Of a DNA stretch of 64,000 nt, positions 24,901 to 36,900 are shown piece after piece. Made by a program: the position numbers and the translations under genes. Each line of letters opens with the position of its first letter. The first letter of the stretch is position 1. The notes under the pieces were generated by a model, which saw nothing but the letters and a program-made list of their open reading frames with translations, was not told the origin of the DNA and did no database searches. The stretch comes from Phallusia mammillata (Eukaryota). The stretch covers positions 28,520,001 to 28,584,000 of the forward strand of contig OZ281497.1 in the NCBI GenBank assembly GCA_965637545.1, read 5' to 3'.

Positions 24901-27318
24901 CTGAACGCTTTATGCAAGCACATAAGGAATAATCACCAATTTACAAAAAACAGTTTTGAAAATAGGTTCGGTACATTCATTTAAAAGCGAAAAAAACCTG
25001 TTAATTTTTTTACCTGTTTATATGAAACGACACATCGGTGACAAACTGTGCAAAAATCTTTGACCCCCCACCCAAAACGCCGTGATTTGTATTTGTCTCA
25101 ACAATGTAACCTTGAAAAGGCAGGGTTCTGTTTATTGCCTGAATTTTCTTTTTGTCTTGTCGTACGTAGGTGCTGACTTAGTTTCCGCAATTAGGTCTCG
25201 TAGTATACCCACAGTGTCAGTTAATAACATTTAATTGACTCCTGCAGTCTGCAAGCTATTAACTTCTCATCAAGTTTTTAAAGCATTGTACCACATAAAG
25301 CCATGAACTATGCAAGCAATGCATATGTTTGGTACAGTTTACCTGATTTTTTTTTAATTTACAACATTTCAACAACAGGGTTATGTAAATTTGTGAAATC
25401 CATGCACTTGTGCTGGTCACAATGTCTGCACAGGGCGCATCCCGGGCACTGATACATAAATTTTGCTGCCGATTTATTAGTTCCAAATTTTGCGTCTTTT
25501 CTGTTTTATTCTTACTAAATAAAATCACACTTTGCTGGATAAGGCAGACTCACTCCATAAGAGAGTTGGACAATTTGTCTGCGGACAACATACGTCACTT
25601 CACACAACGCAGTTAACTAATGAAAGAAGTGTAACATTCAGGTGGGAATGTTATAGGTAAATGCGCTACTGCAGGGGTGGCCAACCTTCTACATACCATT
25701 CGCCAACTTTTTAACATACTGTGTTGGATGCGCCATAAATGTCTCGTAACCCCACCTTCTATGACTACTTCTTGTATATAGAGAGAAAAAGAAAGAAACA
25801 ACTTTTGCATGAGAAGGATAGTAATAAGAAATAAGAACTATTAAGTAAAAAATAACCGTAAAACCGTACAGAATATCTAAATTACCCCTTTGACATCCAT
25901 ATACCCCTAATCTAAATAAAATCGTCAAAAATATCCAAAAAACAAAAAGGAAGTGCGTCCCAGTTGCATGAAAGGGTTAAATTTCGAAAATACCTGCAAA
26001 TGTTCACAAACGAAAGACAATGCACAACGCACCAGGTAGGGCTACTAACACCATAACGAGAATCAGAACTTCGCTTTCACAAGGAGGCGTAAAGAGCTGA
26101 ATTTTCATTTAGGGGCTATAAATGGGTTGGGTTGGGAAATATCTACATAGAATTTTTACATTAGCAACTAATTTTTGGATTAATTTTATTGAATTTTATA
26201 TGCTAATACCTTACCCCGACCCTGAGCAATTTTGGAGATATAACCAATCAAATTTGGGGGCAGATTCTCGTTATGGTGTTAGTAGCTCTACCAACGCACC
26301 AACCGGAACGAGCCGCAGTTGCAAACTGACAAAAAATTCACCGTCAAGGATCGCCAGGTGCGGCCCATTTTTATTCATCACAACACTTCTTCTTCAGGCT
26401 AGTGAGCGATAGCGAGCTGATTAATTTGATTTTCATGATTATCAAAAGAAGGCTATGCGTCCTTTCTAATCATGCAATGCGCCACGTTTAGTGCATGCGC
26501 CATAGGTTGGCCACCACTGCGCTACAGCATGGGTGCACAACCTTTGAGCTATGACGGCGCATCACAGGTTCATACTTTACCAGCAGCCGCCAAGTGTGTT
26601 TATGCTTTCGTTTATATATTACTGATCCAAAGAAACAGGAATTATCTTATAATATCGAATCAACTAATTGCAAAAAAGGGGTCTAATAATGTTTAAACTG
26701 TTGTGACTTGAGATTAAAACATACAAGACAGATTAAAACACAAAGTTCTGAGACCGAAAATGCGCATTTACCTAGTTATTTATTTATTTATAAAGTGATT
26801 GTTGAAATATTAAAAGCGTATGATTTTTTATACACGGACACCAATTATATGCGTTCTAACTCAAATAATTTAAAACATGGTACTTAATAGATCGTAATAA
26901 GCTTTTTTTGGTAAATTTCGTGTGATTACAAACAATCGGAGCAGATCTGCAAAACCAGTAGTTGTTGGCGTATTGGTTTTATCTGGATCGTTAATTATTA
27001 TGTCTAGGTTTCCTCAGAAATATTTCTTTTACTTTACATCACGTGACATCTGTTTTTCGTGTGAAAAATGGTATTATGGCGTCACACTGTTTTGATTCGA
27101 TTTGCAACCAAGTCTTGTCACTTGCTTTTGACTACTTCTTGTTTCAGATGGAATTTCTGGATTTATCTTGGAACGAGCTGACAGATGAATGTGCTGAGTT
27201 ATTGGCACGATGTGTCCACAACATCAATGAGATGAATGTTTGGCCCAATAACTTCACAGAAGCAGGCAAGAACCTCATCAGATCAAAGTCGCAAGGAAAA
27301 GTTGTGTTTAAATACTAA
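15719..27318 (+). CDS. NLR-1: multi-exon NACHT-LRR (NOD-like receptor) gene, 1021 aa, join(15719..15955,16155..18170,19705..19866,21092..21247,23481..23642,24337..24498,27148..27318)
   Basis: ATG at 15719 (MGNQVVK). All six introns are GT-AG, phase 0 and keep the frame open to TAA 27316-27318. NACHT motifs: Walker A GQAGIGKTT, Walker B VMIFDGFDE, FTSRP, FSHLIWQEFF. These are followed by RI-like LRR exons. Confidence 0.88.
15979..16092. repeat. Perfect 15-bp inverted repeat inside NLR-1 intron 1
   Basis: CAAGAAGTCGTCGAT (15979-15993) / ATCGACGACTTCTTG (16078-16092). Confidence 0.9.
16155..18170 (+). CDS. NLR-1 NACHT exon (672 aa)
   Basis: Acceptor ttttctttgtgtag|GAA is in frame with ORF 16257..18191. 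Donor CCG|GTAAAA at 18171. Complete P-loop NACHT motif set. Confidence 0.93.
19705..19866 (+). CDS. NLR-1 LRR cassette exon 1 (54 aa)
   Basis: aaaatcag|CTG...CCG|gtaaaa; LRTLNLTENEIDKMEAASLSPCLHNMEELILEGCKIGSEGVEKLCEGVKRLTKP. Confidence 0.9.
21092..21247 (+). CDS. NLR-1 LRR cassette exon 2 (52 aa, in-frame 6-bp deletion)
   Basis: aaaatcag|CTG...CCG|gtaaaa; LKILDLSDNEIGNTGAASLDPSLHEELILKMCEIESEGVKKLCDRVKRITKP. Confidence 0.88.
23481..23642 (+). CDS. NLR-1 LRR cassette exon 3 (54 aa)
   Basis: aaaattag|CTG...CCG|gtaaag; LKILDLSDNKIGNTGAASLAPCLHNMEQLILRKCNLGSEGVENICDGVKSLKKP. Confidence 0.9.
24337..24498 (+). CDS. NLR-1 LRR cassette exon 4 (54 aa)
   Basis: aaaatcag|CTG...CCG|gtaaaa; LTRFDLSHNKIGETGAALLAPCLQNTEELVLVVCGIGIEGVEKLCDGVEKLTKP. 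Confidence 0.9.
25672..26519 (+). mobile_element. Non-autonomous hAT (Buster/Charlie-like) element in the last NLR-1 intron
   Basis: TIRs CAGGGGTGGCCAACC / GGTTGGCCACCACTG; 8-bp TSD CGCTACTG / CGCTACAG (7/8). Confidence 0.8.
27148..27318 (+). CDS. NLR-1 terminal LRR/cap exon (56 aa + stop)
   Basis: Pyrimidine-rich acceptor ttcttgtttcag|ATG; MEFLDLSWNELTDECAELLARCVHNINEMNVWPNNFTEAGKNLIRSKSQGKVVFKY*; paralogous to 55597..55761. Confidence 0.88.
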   Translation: MEFLDLSWNELTDECAELLARCVHNINEMNVWPNNFTEAGKNLIRSKSQGKVVFKY

Positions 27319-27381
27319 AGTAATATCTGAACATTTGTTTGCATAAAAATCGCAAAAAAACTTATGTGGAACAAGTTTTAC

Positions 27382-27387
27382 AATAAA
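27382..27387 (+). terminator. Candidate polyadenylation signal of NLR-1
   Basis: AATAAA about 64 nt after the stop codon; not conserved at the equivalent NLR-2 position. Confidence 0.3.
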
Positions 27388-29177
27388 TACAGTGAATCAA
27401 TGTGACACTATTTCATCATTAATGGCGGCATTGGTCACTGCCTGAACGTCCGATGGAAAAAGTCTCTTGTCTACTCTCTGTGTCAATATATTTCACGATT
27501 ATTAATTTTCATGTTTGTTTGAAACATTATTATTTGCAATTAACACTGACAAGCACATGCACCGAACATCAGTGAGTATTTTGCATCAACCTAAAAAAAA
27601 CTCATGTTTTGTGTCAAACCGATTTTATGCATAACCTGATGGAAAACCCGCACTGCATTTGGCTTGCTGAAGAAATTGTAATCTTATACATAATTGTCAA
27701 TGTTGTGATATGTTGTTCCACCATTTAATTCTGCACATTATTTTTACGTCGATTTTATTGCTTTGTATTAACGTCGTTTATAGCGGTTTGCTTTTGTGTT
27801 TTTTCCTGCAAAATGACGAATTTAGTGCCCCTTCAGTTTCTTGCTTCAATATCGTGAAGTAAATTTTGACGTCACGAACTCTGCTTTTAAATCCACATCG
27901 GTTGAATACCCTAACGCTACGAAAATAAATGAGATATCTGACCAATTTTTACTTGGAAATAAATGTTTCTATGCTTATCTTATTTGAATTCTGCGACTTA
28001 GAACTAAATATTGCATTATTGAGATGTTTTTGTTGCAAATGCCTGATAGATTATTCAGATGTATATAAACGTATAAACACCGGTAAAACAAAAGTTACCA
28101 TTCTTATCACTTGTGTTCTGCAAACGCCAGTGTTGTTAAATATTGTGTTTTTTTCTGCTTCTGTTGTTCGCCATGCTTTTTTTACTGACGTCACTGAGAT
28201 AAAACTTTAAACCCAACTTACCGGTCTGAGACCCAAACCATGAGACGTGTTTCCAACTTTTCAATATGTGACACGTTAAAAAAACAATTTTTTAACTTAC
28301 ATCGGATTTTGTATTTAAAATTCGGAATTATTCAAACATCTCGCAAGCAATCCAGCGGCGTCTCTATCGTTAATTTTGTTTAATTGTTTTTTGACAAATT
28401 AAGTCGCTTGTATATATAATGAGTGTCCTCTGCTTTTCGTAGCCTTTCTGTATTGTATATATGTGCATATTGTGTTGAACTGTTTCCTTTATTCCGTTTT
28501 TTATTTTATTTATCTAATGTTTCCTGCGTCCCTGCTGACCTATTTAGCAAGGGACACCACCCTACTTTGTACACTATACTGTCGTAACTCTCCGCTTGAA
28601 GTGTTTATCTGCACAACCTAAATTAATTGTGAACATCGTTATTAGCCCTTATAATTTATGCCATTTTTGGTTCCTGACTGTTTTTGTAACACTGTTAATC
28701 AATGGAGACGACATGATAATTTGTTTTATCCGCCGGTGGTCACTTGCTAAGGCGGGGAGGGGGCCACGCAAATAAAAAAGACGTTATTCTAATCATTAGA
28801 ATCTAATGCATATTTTTTGTGACATTTCGACAAAACAGTCATCAGGAAACATGTGACCCAAGCAGTAACGACTTGATAAACAACAAATATAGAAATATCA
28901 GATTGTGCAATACTAATAGGCCAAACCAACAGTTGTGTGTATGGCGGGTTCAACAACAATCGGTTCAGGGCCGCGAGAAACAAGTTTTGTGTTAATGGTG
29001 TTACACAGCTCGACGATATTTTTCAAATCAGAGCGAGTTGGAAGGTTCAGTAGGCGGCATAAATCTGGAATATCCAGGCAAAAAAGAATTTTTTTTAAGC
29101 CGAAGTATTTTCTTTGTAAATTAAAAGTTTTTTAACTGTTAACACGTCAACTAGTAGATCACACTTTTGAAGAATTA

Positions 29178-29232
29178 TCTTTTCCGACACTCTAGACTTT
29201 TCCGACACTTTATCTTTTTCGACACTCCAGGA
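29178..29232. repeat. Three-copy short tandem repeat
   Basis: TTT(C)CGACACT repeated three times at about 20-bp spacing. Confidence 0.75.
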
Positions 29233-29801
29233 TTTTCTGAGTGCGTAATATCTAGTCTCAACTGATCAGCACATATATTTATTGTTGTATTAACTTATAT
29301 CTGTTCAAAGATATCAAAAGCAACGTACAAACGCCCGGAATTGCAGAGAACACATTTTAGTCGTTTACTTATTTAAGGTTTTATATTTTTGCCGTGGAAC
29401 TTGTGTAAATTGTCCTTTGATGAGATAAATTGACTTCAACCTAGTATATTTTTGCATGACAAGTGGACTAGGGTCAGGGTTAATGAGAGAAGAAAAATAT
29501 GCTGGTGCAAGGCAACTTCAGTCTTCCCCCCCTGAACACTGTAGAAATTTTTAGAATAGTTTCTTCAGTTGCACTATAGTTTATGCACAGATTATCAAGC
29601 ATTTAATACGTTCATTTGTCAATCGGAACATACAAAAGTAATGGCAATTGACACTCATTAAACAGGTTGGGCAAGAACGTCAAACCTATTTTGAAAACTT
29701 AAAATGCCAATATTTTACGGCATGCGCTAGAGCGTTTATACAGCAAAGTAAATGCTTAAAAGCAAATAATTGGTCTTTACATGTACTGCGTACGCTTAAA
29801 C

Positions 29802-29870
29802 CAGGGGTCACCCAACTACAGCCTGCGTACTTCGAGGTCATTTCATCCGGCCCACGACCACATATTGTGG
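29802..29870 (+). mobile_element. Solo left end of a hAT MITE
   Basis: CAGGGGTCACCCAACTACAGCC..ATCCGGCCC preceded by GCTTAAAC; no partner TIR found. Confidence 0.45.
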
Positions 29871-30459
29871 TTTGCCGTACCGTATGCATACCTTTGCAAC
29901 ATTTAAAAATTAGTTTACTGCTTACGAAAGTTTTTCTGTCATGACATGTACAATTAAGGTTATCTAGCTTCATAGGATTAAAACGCTCTTTAATGCAAAT
30001 TTAGTTTGTTATATCACAGAAAGTACTACATTCCCTAATTGTGAACAAACAATTCATTTCCAGGAGTATATGACGACAATGTGGAAAAGTTTACTAGGTT
30101 AAAATCAAAATTTACCTTTAAATTGGAAACCACTGTTTTAACTATCGTGGTTATCAGCGATTTTTCTGCACAATTTATGCGATTTAGTGCAACGGTTTTC
30201 CTGGGTGGTCAGTGTGAGTTATTTTTTAACAAAAAAAAAATAACCAAAATTTAAAAGTTCTAAAACCAGTTGTTGTCAAGTGCAATTGTTCCCCTCTGTT
30301 TATTTCACTACGCAAAATGAACTCAATTCACAAAGATAACAACAAACTACAAAACTCGGATGTATACGAAGGAGATTAAATGTTATTACAAAAGCATTGG
30401 GTCGTTAAATGTTTTCTCATTAGCTGGCGAAACAAGACATTATTTGTCGAAACCCTAGA

Positions 30460-30945
30460 AACAGTCTGCAGCTGAGGGCACATTTTTTAGCATTACATCT
30501 GACACTAAAGACGGCATTGATACAGACTCGCTCCAAAAAGAGGAAGAAAAAGAAGAAGGAAAAGAAGAAGATGGACAAGAAGAAGACGGAAAAGAAGAAG
30601 ATGAGGGAGAACCTTTGTCAGTAGAAAAAGATAATTCAGATGTAGACTTAGCCAATCTCTTCAAACCACAGAATACAAAAACCAAAACAAAAAGAAGCAA
30701 CAGTAGCTCGGGCGAGAAGCCCAGAAAGAGAAAGAAACCAACCCAACACAAGAAAAAACAGTTTCTTTTCCCACAGCTACAAAACACTTTAGTAAACTTT
30801 TACAAACCTCCATCCTTTTGTAAGATGGCGAATATTACCTCAATTAATATAAACGGACTTAACCGTAAATTAAACTATTTGCAAACTTTCACAGAAAAAG
30901 ATGACTCTGATATTTACTTATTCAGGAAGTACATGTGGTCTCAAA
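30460..30945 (+). mobile_element. L1/Tx1-like LINE fragment (ORF1 tail and start of ORF2 AP endonuclease)
   Basis: Acidic then basic low-complexity tract, then TAAGATG (ATG 30825) MANITSININGLN..DIYLF(QEVH) after a 1-nt frameshift; resembles APE motifs I-II. Confidence 0.6.
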
Positions 30946-30999
30946 ACCTTAGTTGTATTTGCAAATCACGATTAAACTACTAAAAGTAGAACCTCTAGT

Positions 31000-31520
31000 G
31001 CCGAACTAAGACTTTGCTACGAAAAGCCCGATTTTACGAACGCTTGTAAACTAATTTGTATCAAAACACAAAGCTAAAAATATTTTAAGTTGGTTCAAAT
31101 ATCAAGTGTTTCGAACTGCTGCCAAACACAAACGAATGGCAGATCGGTGATTTATTTTTGACTCCGATGGTAGTGCAATCGGTCTTGGAGGAATATTGTC
31201 CCAATGAGACGGACATGGTGAATATGTCGTTTCGTATGGAAGACGTGCTTTAAGCATATCGAAACGTATCGTGAAGTTTTCGCCGTAGTTCATTTTGTTC
31301 ATTGTTTTTGTCATTTATTGTGGGAAAGGCCATTTCCGGTGCGAACCAATCATGTGTCGGTGCAATGACTTTTCAATTTCATGGAGCCTTAAGAAACGTT
31401 TTTCCGGAGGCTTTCGGTGGTGGGGGCTCTTTAGTTGTGCACAGAGCAGACAACGAACATTTTAATGCACATGGATTATCTCGACAGTGTAAACACAGGA
31501 TATTCGCTATTGGCAAAGTC
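31000..31520 (+). mobile_element. Ty3/Gypsy pol fragment (end of RT, RNase H and linker)
   Basis: Frames give DFATKSPIL, FIFDSDGSAIGLGGILSQ*DGHGEYVVSYGRRALS (RNase H, DxDAS-like) and VVHRADNEHFNAHGLSR (HRxGxxHxNADxLSR-like). Confidence 0.7.
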
Positions 31521-31954
31521 ACGACGGGGAACAATGAGCAAACCAAGATGTGTAAGAGGTGACAGCAAGTTTTCGAGAAAATTATTTGGCTTTTACTCAA
31601 AACAAAAGCTAAAGCTTCCGGAGATAATGCTGTTAATAAAGTAAGAATGACTGCTCTAACAATGTGTTTTGAGACAAGCCGCATATCCCAAAGACAAAAC
31701 GCTTTACGTTGACTTTACGTTGTTATTTTGGAACAGATGCGTTCTAGGACGGATGTCTTGTTTCTACTATTGTAGTCAGCAACGTGCGACAGCGATACAC
31801 CGACACTGCTCCCAGCGTATTCCCAACATGTTTCGTCATAAAACCAACTTAAAAAATAACGAGAACAAACCATAATTTTAAACACAAAACGATGAACTCA
31901 TGCATGATTTCTGCCGATTGTTAATAGACTTTGATCTCATTCGTGCACAAGTTC

Positions 31955-32310
31955 GCAGCAGCTTGTTTTCGCTGCAAGAATAGTCCAAAGGTCATTGGTA
32001 CAAGTCACAAGTTGTTGCGAAAATATTTGTTGTGTCATCCAGTGAAGGTGGCTTATCTACCACAGCGTTTGAGTAATAAGAACTATTGCAAACATGGTTC
32101 GCTGATAACATTTCTGAACGCAATTACCAAAACTTGCAAGGTCAAATTTCGAACTTCAATGTTTGCGCACGCACTTATTATCCGGATGCCGAGATAACGA
32201 GGTAATGCAGCAATCTCGTGGCGATAACAGGACAAACAATTTCGCAACAACTTGTAACTTGCACCAACAACCTTTGGAATAAATTTGCAAAAACGTGTTG
32301 CTGCTAATGC
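31955..32310. repeat. Imperfect inverted repeat (foldback)
   Basis: 31985-32030 CCAAAGGTCATTGGTACAAGTCACAAGTTGTTGCGAAAATATTTGT matches the reverse complement of 32232-32277 at about 40/46. Confidence 0.75.
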
Positions 32311-33129
32311 AGATGGTAAAAGTCGTTTATTCACTCAACGCTAGAGAATCACGTTTTACTGATTCATCAAAGTATAATGGATGTTTAAGCATTATCACTG
32401 ATACTTGAAAGTGAGAAAAAGGCTGCTTGCAACAGTCGTAAAACCGTGTTGCTTTGGACGTTGAAACACGTTGGGCGTTAAACCAAAAATATTACAACAG
32501 ACTTCCACACAACAGTGCGTTATACAAATTCTTGTAAACCAAAGACCATCGGTTATTTGCTTAATTTAAATTCAGCTTAATATAATAGAATGCACATTCT
32601 AAGACGTGTGAATGAACATGAGTTAAAAAATAAATTACAAACATGACTATTAAGTTTAAGTCTTGCTTTGATGTGGTGCTGGTACGATTTAGGTCGCTAA
32701 AATGATTGGAGGGTAATTTTGCTATTATTGGGCTGCCTAATTCCCATGTGGCATTAGCACTATATGGTAGATGGTACGTCTACCTTACAAGTCCTTAAAA
32801 TTTGTCACTCACCAAAGAAGCAGCGTTGGTACATCTGTTTCAAAACTAACACAGTCTTTATTTGTTTTGTAAGTTTGAAACATTGACGGTATCGCATGAG
32901 TAAAATCGATAAATTTCTTTATGTTTGGAAGTGTAACGTAAAAAATGCAAAAAAACCTGAATACTGATTGTAACATAGTTTTGGTAAAGGTCACTCATTT
33001 TTAGTCCCCCAAGCATTACTTAAACTAGTTTATGGGCTTTTATTCTATTGAGAACTCTATTGAAAATCGTCATTGAGTAGGTTTTACAACATCATAAAGG
33101 GCAAAGGGGATCTTTTAAAAGCTTGATTA

Positions 33130-33353
33130 AAACAGTTGCGTAGCACAGGTATGCGGCTCAAACAATATCCGTTTTTGAATTTCTACAAATTTCGAGAAAA
33201 AAGGGCGTTGCTCAGCAACCAGTCATAACGAGAGAAACAGAATCGCGGTTCTCAGTTTGTTATAAATTTGGCTTTAAGTGCTTAAAATCCAATGAAAAAC
33301 CTTGAACTTGGTTGAGAGATGGAACCGCGAAGAAGAAAAGATGCAAAGTAAGT
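33130..33353 (+). promoter_or_regulatory. Putative promoter + short first non-coding exon, unit 2
   Basis: TATAAA 33261-33266, then AACTTGGTTGAGAGATGGAACCGCGAAGAAGAAAAGATGCAAA|GTAAGT (33348). Confidence 0.5.
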
Positions 33354-33950
33354 TATGTTGAATTTTCCACTTTCCACAGGGGTATGTGATTCTTTGTTAA
33401 ATGTGTCCACTTGTCCTAAATATTATTGTTTTCAGCTGTAAACATGTGCATGAATAATAATCAACCAAGTTGGGCTGCCACATGTTGATGCTTGCTCTGA
33501 AAAATAAAAACAATTTTATTTTTTACCTTATTGTTTGAAAATTAGAGACAGTAATAGATATTAAATAGGAAGCAAATATTTTTGATTTTACTCTGATTTG
33601 GCGGATATTTTTACACCTAAAGTTGGGCTGTTCGACCAGAAGGAAATCAGTGTTTGAAGATGTGTGTGCCGGTCAGATTTATTCACGTCTAAACAATGTT
33701 CTGCACCATAACTAAAATAATATTTAGACTTGTTCAAGTTTTATGTATAATGGCAAACTATTTGTGTATTATTTTAGTACGACAGCCCTAATGGTCACAT
33801 TTCTGCCAAACAAATGTGCGTTTTCGCTGGTTTTCTGTAGCAGAACTAGTCGACGTGAGGTGATTTAATATCAATGACTTAGAAAAAAGACATAATTCGT
33901 TGGGAAATATTGCTCGTGAAATGTGTTCTGCGAACAGGCAGAATATAACC

Positions 33951-33970
33951 TATATATATATATATATATA
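33951..33970. repeat. (TA)n microsatellite
   Basis: Direct reading of a TA run. Confidence 0.9.
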
Positions 33971-36900
33971 CATCACAAAGTTCACTGACACTAGAATTTG
34001 TACAAACTGCTGAATCTGCAATCTGATTTTAGGCATGTATAATCAGCTTGCCTAATAGAACACATTTGGTAGTGAACCAGTCCCCCAAAAACCTATGCTG
34101 TCAATGGCAAATAATATGCAGTAAAGAAATTTCTACGAGACTCCTAATTGGTCCAAATCCTAGACCGGATAAGGTCAAAAATTTACCGCTTGGATCAGCA
34201 GCGCGCCACTTGAATTACGAAACCATTTGATTTTCTAACCACAAATGTTTGTTGACAGGACATTATACCTTCGCTTACCCAAATACGAAAAAAAATACAG
34301 ATCGGCCCTTCTGCTCTGCTATGGTCCAGTGTTGGTCAAGAAGAAGGGTGGTAAGCTTGGGTGATAATTAATTTTCTGGCTTAATATCCTACAAGATGAT
34401 TGCAATGTTAGTCTATTCCGTTTTATTTCTTTACCAAAATAGTCAACACCCGGTTTTATAGTTCCCTGAAATAAACGAGCTGTGTTTGTTTATAGGCAAT
34501 GCAATTAATTATATTCTGCTGCATATTTTTAGGTGATGCAAATTTAACTGCAATTTGATATTTACGATACAGTTTTGCAGAAAAAAACGTAATTTTGCTG
34601 AAGGCAGGTAAGTTTGCTGAGCACAGTGTAGTGATCTCGTGCAATTAATTAAGTATTTTGCTAATTTTAAACTCGTCCAACAACCATTGATGCGACGATA
34701 AGTTCTTATCTGCCTTTCACTTGTGCATCTAGTTGAGGTAAAACGGATCGGACAAGAACAAGTGTGGTACGTGTGTTATTTAATTTAGTCAAAAAAATTT
34801 TTTAATCTGTTTCGTTGCTTTTATGATGGTAAAAAGGGAACTGATCAAAACAAGTACTTAATTTTTATCTTTTTTAAGGCGTCCTATTTGGCGATCTCTT
34901 GAATAGAATTTAAAACAGTTCTTCGCTATGATGAGACACCTAGCGGCAAACAACTTTCAGATGTAATGTAGGTCGGACAAAAAGCCTACACATTGGACTA
35001 CAGACACACTGGGTTGAATGGAAGTTAACAGACTAAGGTAAGGACAACGTATCTATTGACAGTTAGCTTAAGCAGCGTAACTTTACACATGGTTTTACAG
35101 CTGCATGCGTTTGTAGAAAACAAGGTTATGATACAGACAAAATCGAAACACAAACTTTTATTAAACAAATGAAACCACACAACTTAAAAGCAAGCCTTAA
35201 AACTTAAGATATTAACCACACAAAAATCTATTGTTTAGAATTGAAAACAATAGGCAAGAAACAACTAGCATCAGAACTCTAAATGTTAACAATAAAATTA
35301 AGACAAACCAAAAAAAAAATTACGAACGAAGAAAAGAATTTCAATCTTAAACTTTGCAAAAAAATATAACAAGTAATAACGCACAAAATCGTTTCTTATC
35401 TGAAATTGTAGTACATTAAACCTTTAATGAACCATGCATACTGTCGATTATGCTGAAAACAAAGAACAAAAATAAAAATACAAAAATACAAAATAAAAAT
35501 AAACATTTCTATTTCCGCAACGTACCTCTTTGACGGAGTTGTGTAATCTTAGAACGCTAAAAACGTAAAGTGCGTTACTTTCACCAACAACGATTTGCTA
35601 GAAATATTTTTTACGCTTTGAATTCATAGTTTTTGATGGAATATCTTGGTATCCCACCGCGTATTTGCTGCACGCTTGAAACTGATTTTGCAACGATCTC
35701 GCCTAGGCAACCGTTTCACTTGTTACACGCATAACCTATCAGCTCATGGTTGTATTTCTGAAATGGATTTAAGCTATCACACGCATTGTTCGACACAAAC
35801 CTGTTTGCCCCGCGCTGCTTGGATGTGGGAACCAAAGGCTCAGGGGCCATTTTCTAACATTGAAAAACGTGCACTTTCATAGTAACTTTATGTGCATTTT
35901 GCTGTGTTTCTGCCTCATGATATTCAGTTAGCTTCTGTAATTGTTCAGCTCAACTAAGAAGCAAGATTTCAAACGCCATGTGATGATACAACACTTTTTT
36001 AACCTTTAACCTAGATGCGAAATTAACAACGGTCTCTAGCGAAATTGTTGCCAAGGTCGTTGGTACAAGATGTCACTAAACCAAACATGCGCTTTGTAAT
36101 CGTGAGAAAGGTAGCGATATTCCTGAGTAATCAAGATAATCTGGGTCGTGAGTGTTTTCGTAAACATTGTCCGCTGATAACAAATACAGTTAGCTAGATA
36201 GCTTGATAATTTAACATGCTACACACTGTTACACACTTGACGCGATGTTGAATGTCACCTTGCAACGTCTTTTTAGACAAAAATAATTTCGTGACGATTT
36301 GCATTTAACGCATTTATTTTACACTGACTGTTGTTGTTTGAAACTAGAGGTGAGGATCCTATTTGTTCCTACGGATCACATGATGATGGTGTTGCTTGCA
36401 TCTTTCCTTCTTTATTCCGTTTGTTTTACAATTAGAACATTATTCTGACGTAGAGACTATCAAATTGTAATGACGTAAACAAACACAAAATGTTAAAAAC
36501 ACAAATATGTTTTGTTCTATGATCCCCAAAATGTACGCAAGTGCTTTTAACTTCGAAATCCCTTCATTGATTACTGAACAGATCCTCTTATCTTATGCTG
36601 GTTGAGGCAATGTGCCATCTGCACAAAAACACTTTAACCTTTTATCGATCTACAAAACCATCCACCCACCACATTTCTTCAGTCAACTGCTGTGCTTTTT
36701 ACCTGCAAAGCTCATAATACCCAAATCATTGAAAAAAAGCAGACCAACGTGATTGAAAATTCCCCTTTACATAATCACCACGCTGGCACACATAAATTGG
36801 TATTTCAACCATGTTTTATTGGGCACTAGTACTATTAGTAAAGCTAAGCTACGTTAAGTTTATTTTTCTTGCAGACCCCAATGTCGGCACTCACTTGGTG

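Noticed and set aside
28812-28852. Second hammerhead-like string on the minus strand (CUGAUGA-CUGUUUUGUC-GAAAUGUC)
   Set aside because: Stem II cannot close after CUGAUGA, stem I has almost no pairing, and no PLE context is present. The paralogous region at 57.2 kb lacks it.
30455-30787. 110-aa minus-strand ORF with hydrophobic and Ser/Phe runs resembling a membrane protein
   Set aside because: It is the reverse complement of the GAA/AAA-rich LINE ORF1 tail.
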